A stretch of 19,457 nt of DNA from an uncultured bacterium (GTDB taxonomy: Bacteria; Babelota; Babeliae; Babelales; Babelaceae): contig CAWGPQ010000004.1 of NCBI GenBank assembly GCA_963824495.1, positions 1 through 19,457 on the forward strand. The letters run 5' to 3'. Shown piece after piece: positions 16,944 to 19,457 of the stretch. The notes beneath the pieces were generated by a model. It had not been told where the DNA came from, did no database searches, and saw only the letters and a list, made by a program, of their open reading frames with translations. The position numbers and the translations under genes were made by a program. How positions within the stretch are numbered: the stretch's first letter is position 1; every line of letters starts with the position of its first letter.

Positions 16944-17011
16944 GCTATTAGAAGATTATTAGTTAGTATCTTTAATAATTATTTTTTTCAAATTTTACGA
17001 AAGGATTTACC

Positions 17012-17974
17012 ATGAAGCCTAAATCTCTAACTATTTTTACCCTCCTAGCAAGCATGTTTATGCTAGCTTCTTATAACACTTTTGCCTTGAACGTGGAGGA
17101 ACAGCAGCAACAACTTAATAAAGCATTGCTTGAGGCTGCAAAGACCAATAATGCTCAAGAGGTTATTCGGTTATTGGACCAAGGAGCTGATATTAACTAT
17201 GCCGATAATCGTGGCCTTACTGCCTTTACGTGGGCAGCTCGAAATGGGCATGCAAACATAGTTAGAATGCTTATAGAACATGGTGCTAAGAATGTTAATC
17301 AGTTATTGGTTGCTCTTCTAGTTGCAGCTAACAATCAACATGCGGATGTAGTTAGGTTGCTTTTACTCAATAATAGTCCTATGGTAAGCGCAACGAATAG
17401 ATATAGGAATATTGTTCTTAATTTATTGGGAGCACATAATGTTTCACCGTTGTCTATAGCAATTATGGACAGGAATGGAGAAAATATTGCTCAAATTCTC
17501 GCCAGCTTACCACAGGCAGATATAGATGCTCAAGATGATTTTGGCATAACAGCATTACACTGGGCAGCGGCTCGTAATGATGAACAAACGGTTAATGCAC
17601 TGCTTAAACGCAATGCCAACGTCAACATTCGTGATAATGATGGTAATACACCATTACATTATGCAGCACGTAATGGCCATTTAAATATCGTTCGAGCTTT
17701 GCTTACTCATAACGCACAAGTTAACCTCTTTAACAACCAAAACGAATCGGCATGGATTCTTGCCCTCAGAAATAATCATCCCGAAATTGCTGATCTTCTT
17801 GCAAGATATGCAAGCGAACTTGTATACGGTCAACTAACACGAGCCGGGCGACAAGCTGGAGAGTTTGAATGGGCTCCAACAGGTGCGTCGCTTCCCCCTG
17901 AGCTTGCTGCTTTAGTCGCGCAACATGCTATGGGCTATGGTGCAGCTCCAGCGCCTTCAGGACCTCCCGCTTAA
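17012..17974 (+). CDS. Exported ankyrin-repeat protein with C-terminal F-box/PRANC-like motif
   Basis: AAGGA RBS, signal peptide (…NTFA), ANK repeats, LTRAGRQAGEFEW…LPPELAALVAQ tail. Confidence 0.93.
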   Translation: MKPKSLTIFTLLASMFMLASYNTFALNVEEQQQQLNKALLEAAKTNNAQEVIRLLDQGADINYADNRGLTAFTWAARNGHANIVRMLIEHGAKNVNQLLVALLVAANNQHADVVRLLLLNNSPMVSATNRYRNIVLNLLGAHNVSPLSIAIMDRNGENIAQILASLPQADIDAQDDFGITALHWAAARNDEQTVNALLKRNANVNIRDNDGNTPLHYAARNGHLNIVRALLTHNAQVNLFNNQNESAWILALRNNHPEIADLLARYASELVYGQLTRAGRQAGEFEWAPTGASLPPELAALVAQHAMGYGAAPAPSGPPA

Positions 17975-17998
17975 TCAAATTATAACCGGTTATCTAAG

Positions 17999-18034
17999 CT
18001 CCCTCTTAAGCTCTTCCCGTAGCCTAAGGGGGAG
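17999..18034 (+). terminator. Possible terminator hairpin
   Basis: CTCCCTCTTA…TAAGGGGGAG stem 25 bp after the stop; imperfect T-tract. Confidence 0.4.
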
Positions 18035-18161
18035 AATTACTTTATTAAGATTAATGCTAATTATTTGTCTGTTTATATAAAATTAAACCAACGAAACTTG
18101 CGATTAGGAAATTATCACGTAGTATATGTTATTAGCAGATCGTAGTTAGTAGGAGATTACC

Positions 18162-18533
18162 GTGAGGCCTAGATTTTTAACCACTCTTACTTTTATAGCA
18201 AGCACGTTGTGGAGAGTAATACACTATTGCACTATGCAGCACGTAACGGTAACTTGAGTATGGTTAAACTTCTGCTTGGCCATAACGCCCAAGTTAATTT
18301 TTTTAACAACCAACATGCATCAGCACCGATTCTCGCTCTTCGACATAATCATTCTGAAGTTGCAGGTTTTTTTGAGAGACATGCAAGCGAACTCGTATAC
18401 GGTCAACTGACACGAGCCGGGCAACAAGCTGGAGAGTTTGAATGGCAGGCATCCTGAGATTGCTGCTTTAGTTGCCCAATACGTTATGGGTCTGGGAGCC
18501 CCGTGGGAGCCCCCAGTCGCTCCAATTCCTTGA
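18162..18533 (+). pseudogene. Internally deleted tandem copy of the 17012 ankyrin gene
   Basis: GTG + RPRFLTTLTFIAST (cf. MKPKSLTIFTLLASM) is joined out of frame to the last ANK repeats (NTLLHYAARNG). A second small deletion precedes PEIAALVAQYVMG…TGA 18531-18533. The upstream region is homologous to 16905-16970. Confidence 0.85.
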
Positions 18534-18541
18534 GGATCCGC

Positions 18542-19457
18542 TTACTTAGTTTGACCGAAAGCCTTTCGTAAGTTCATACTTGCAAGGGCGATAGCGCTTT
18601 TGGTAGCAGGAGTGTTAGCCAGTGGGTTAAGCATGACAAAATCGTGCATAGTTCCCAAATAGCGCACAGCAGTAACATCAACTCCGGCTTGCATGAGTTT
18701 GTGTGCATACGCTTCGCCTTCGTCTCGTAAGACATCATTTTCATCGGTAATCACGAGCGCAGGCGGTAGCCCCCGCAATTGATCTACAGTAGCTTGTAGA
18801 GGCGAGCGGGTTGGCTTAGTTCGTTTGGCTATGTGTGGCTCATAAGTATTCCAAAACCATTCCATAGCTGCTTTAGTCAGCCATGGGCCTTGGGCAAATT
18901 CTTGATATGAAGGCGTATCAAAATTGGCATCAGTAACGGGATAAAAAAGTACTTGGTAGCTTATTTTGGGACCTTTGTCTTCTTTGGCAAGTAAGGCAAC
19001 GATAGTAGCCATATTCCCCCCAACACTATCACCGGCTACAGCAAGGCGTGAAGCATCAAGATTAAAATCAGCACCATGCTGAGCAATATACTTAGTGGCA
19101 GCATATGCTTGTTCGATTGGCGTAGGGTAATGAGCTTCAGGTGAAGGGGTATAGTTAACGAAAACAACTGCTGCGTCTGTACCGTTAGCAAGCTCTCGAA
19201 TCAAACGGTCATGCGTATATTTATTGCCCAAAATCCAGCCGCCACCATGAAAATACATAATCACGGGGAGCTTGCCAGTGCTCTTGGCTGGTCGAACAAT
19301 ACGCAATGAAATTTCATTAGTGGGACCACCTGGAATTATTACGTCTTCTGTGATAGCTGGAAGCTTATGTACAGGGGCAGATTGCAAGTCATTGAGCATT
19401 TTGCGTGCCTTGTCAACTGGGAGCCGATACAGAGGAGGCCCATTTTGTGCTATAAGT
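18542..19457 (-). CDS. Alpha/beta hydrolase, hormone-sensitive lipase (family IV) esterase; 5' end outside window
   Basis: HGGG oxyanion motif, GDSVGG nucleophile, DVLRDEG, HDF. The frame stays open past 19399 to the window edge (LIAQNGPPLYRLPVDKARK). Confidence 0.93.
   Translation of the reverse strand, partial: LIAQNGPPLYRLPVDKARKMLNDLQSAPVHKLPAITEDVIIPGGPTNEISLRIVRPAKSTGKLPVIMYFHGGGWILGNKYTHDRLIRELANGTDAAVVFVNYTPSPEAHYPTPIEQAYAATKYIAQHGADFNLDASRLAVAGDSVGGNMATIVALLAKEDKGPKISYQVLFYPVTDANFDTPSYQEFAQGPWLTKAAMEWFWNTYEPHIAKRTKPTRSPLQATVDQLRGLPPALVITDENDVLRDEGEAYAHKLMQAGVDVTAVRYLGTMHDFVMLNPLANTPATKSAIALASMNLRKAFGQTK

Noticed and set aside
18105..18125. AAATTATCACGT as a possible target of the omegaRNA guide
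   Set aside because: It needs a gap, mismatches the TAM-proximal seed and has no adjacent TCAT. It is simply the spacer of the duplicated promoter.
18493..18513. 10-bp direct repeat TGGGAGCCCC
   Set aside because: A local micro-duplication in the Pro-rich tail of a pseudogene, with no further copies noticed.
1..19457. CRISPR array, diversity-generating retroelement, integron, tRNA/rRNA
   Set aside because: No regularly spaced short repeats, reverse transcriptase, integrase or structural RNA signature seen. Paralog differences are not adenine-specific as expected for a DGR.

Overview
AT-rich bacterial window dominated by an expanded family of signal-peptide ankyrin-repeat genes: five intact (1464, 3954, 9000, 12340, 17012) and two decayed (13884, 18162). 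Most end in an F-box/PRANC-like LPxEI-type motif. They are interspersed with metabolic genes: homospermidine synthase, a MATE transporter, a Zymomonas-type ThDP-dependent decarboxylase, an apparently exported peroxiredoxin/thioredoxin pair and an HSL-family esterase. The gene content suggests an intracellular protist-associated bacterium such as Babelota/Dependentiae (inference only). Best-supported non-obvious structures: (i) a 356-bp internally deleted IS200/IS605 element (5214-5569) that keeps both end hairpins and the tnpB 3' end/omegaRNA region. It inserted after TCAT inside the hss stop codon and regenerated the stop (TAA->TAG). (ii) A recent tandem duplication (972-3461 / 3462-~5407) that copied the right end/omegaRNA region plus an ankyrin gene. 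The flanks stay near-identical while the ankyrin cores are non-alignable mosaics. (iii) Repeated ends-retained internal deletions (IS element, a probable fic gene, an ankyrin gene). (iv) Sigma70-like promoters that recurrently use an 18-bp spacer. All calls come from reading the sequence by eye; no database searches were run.
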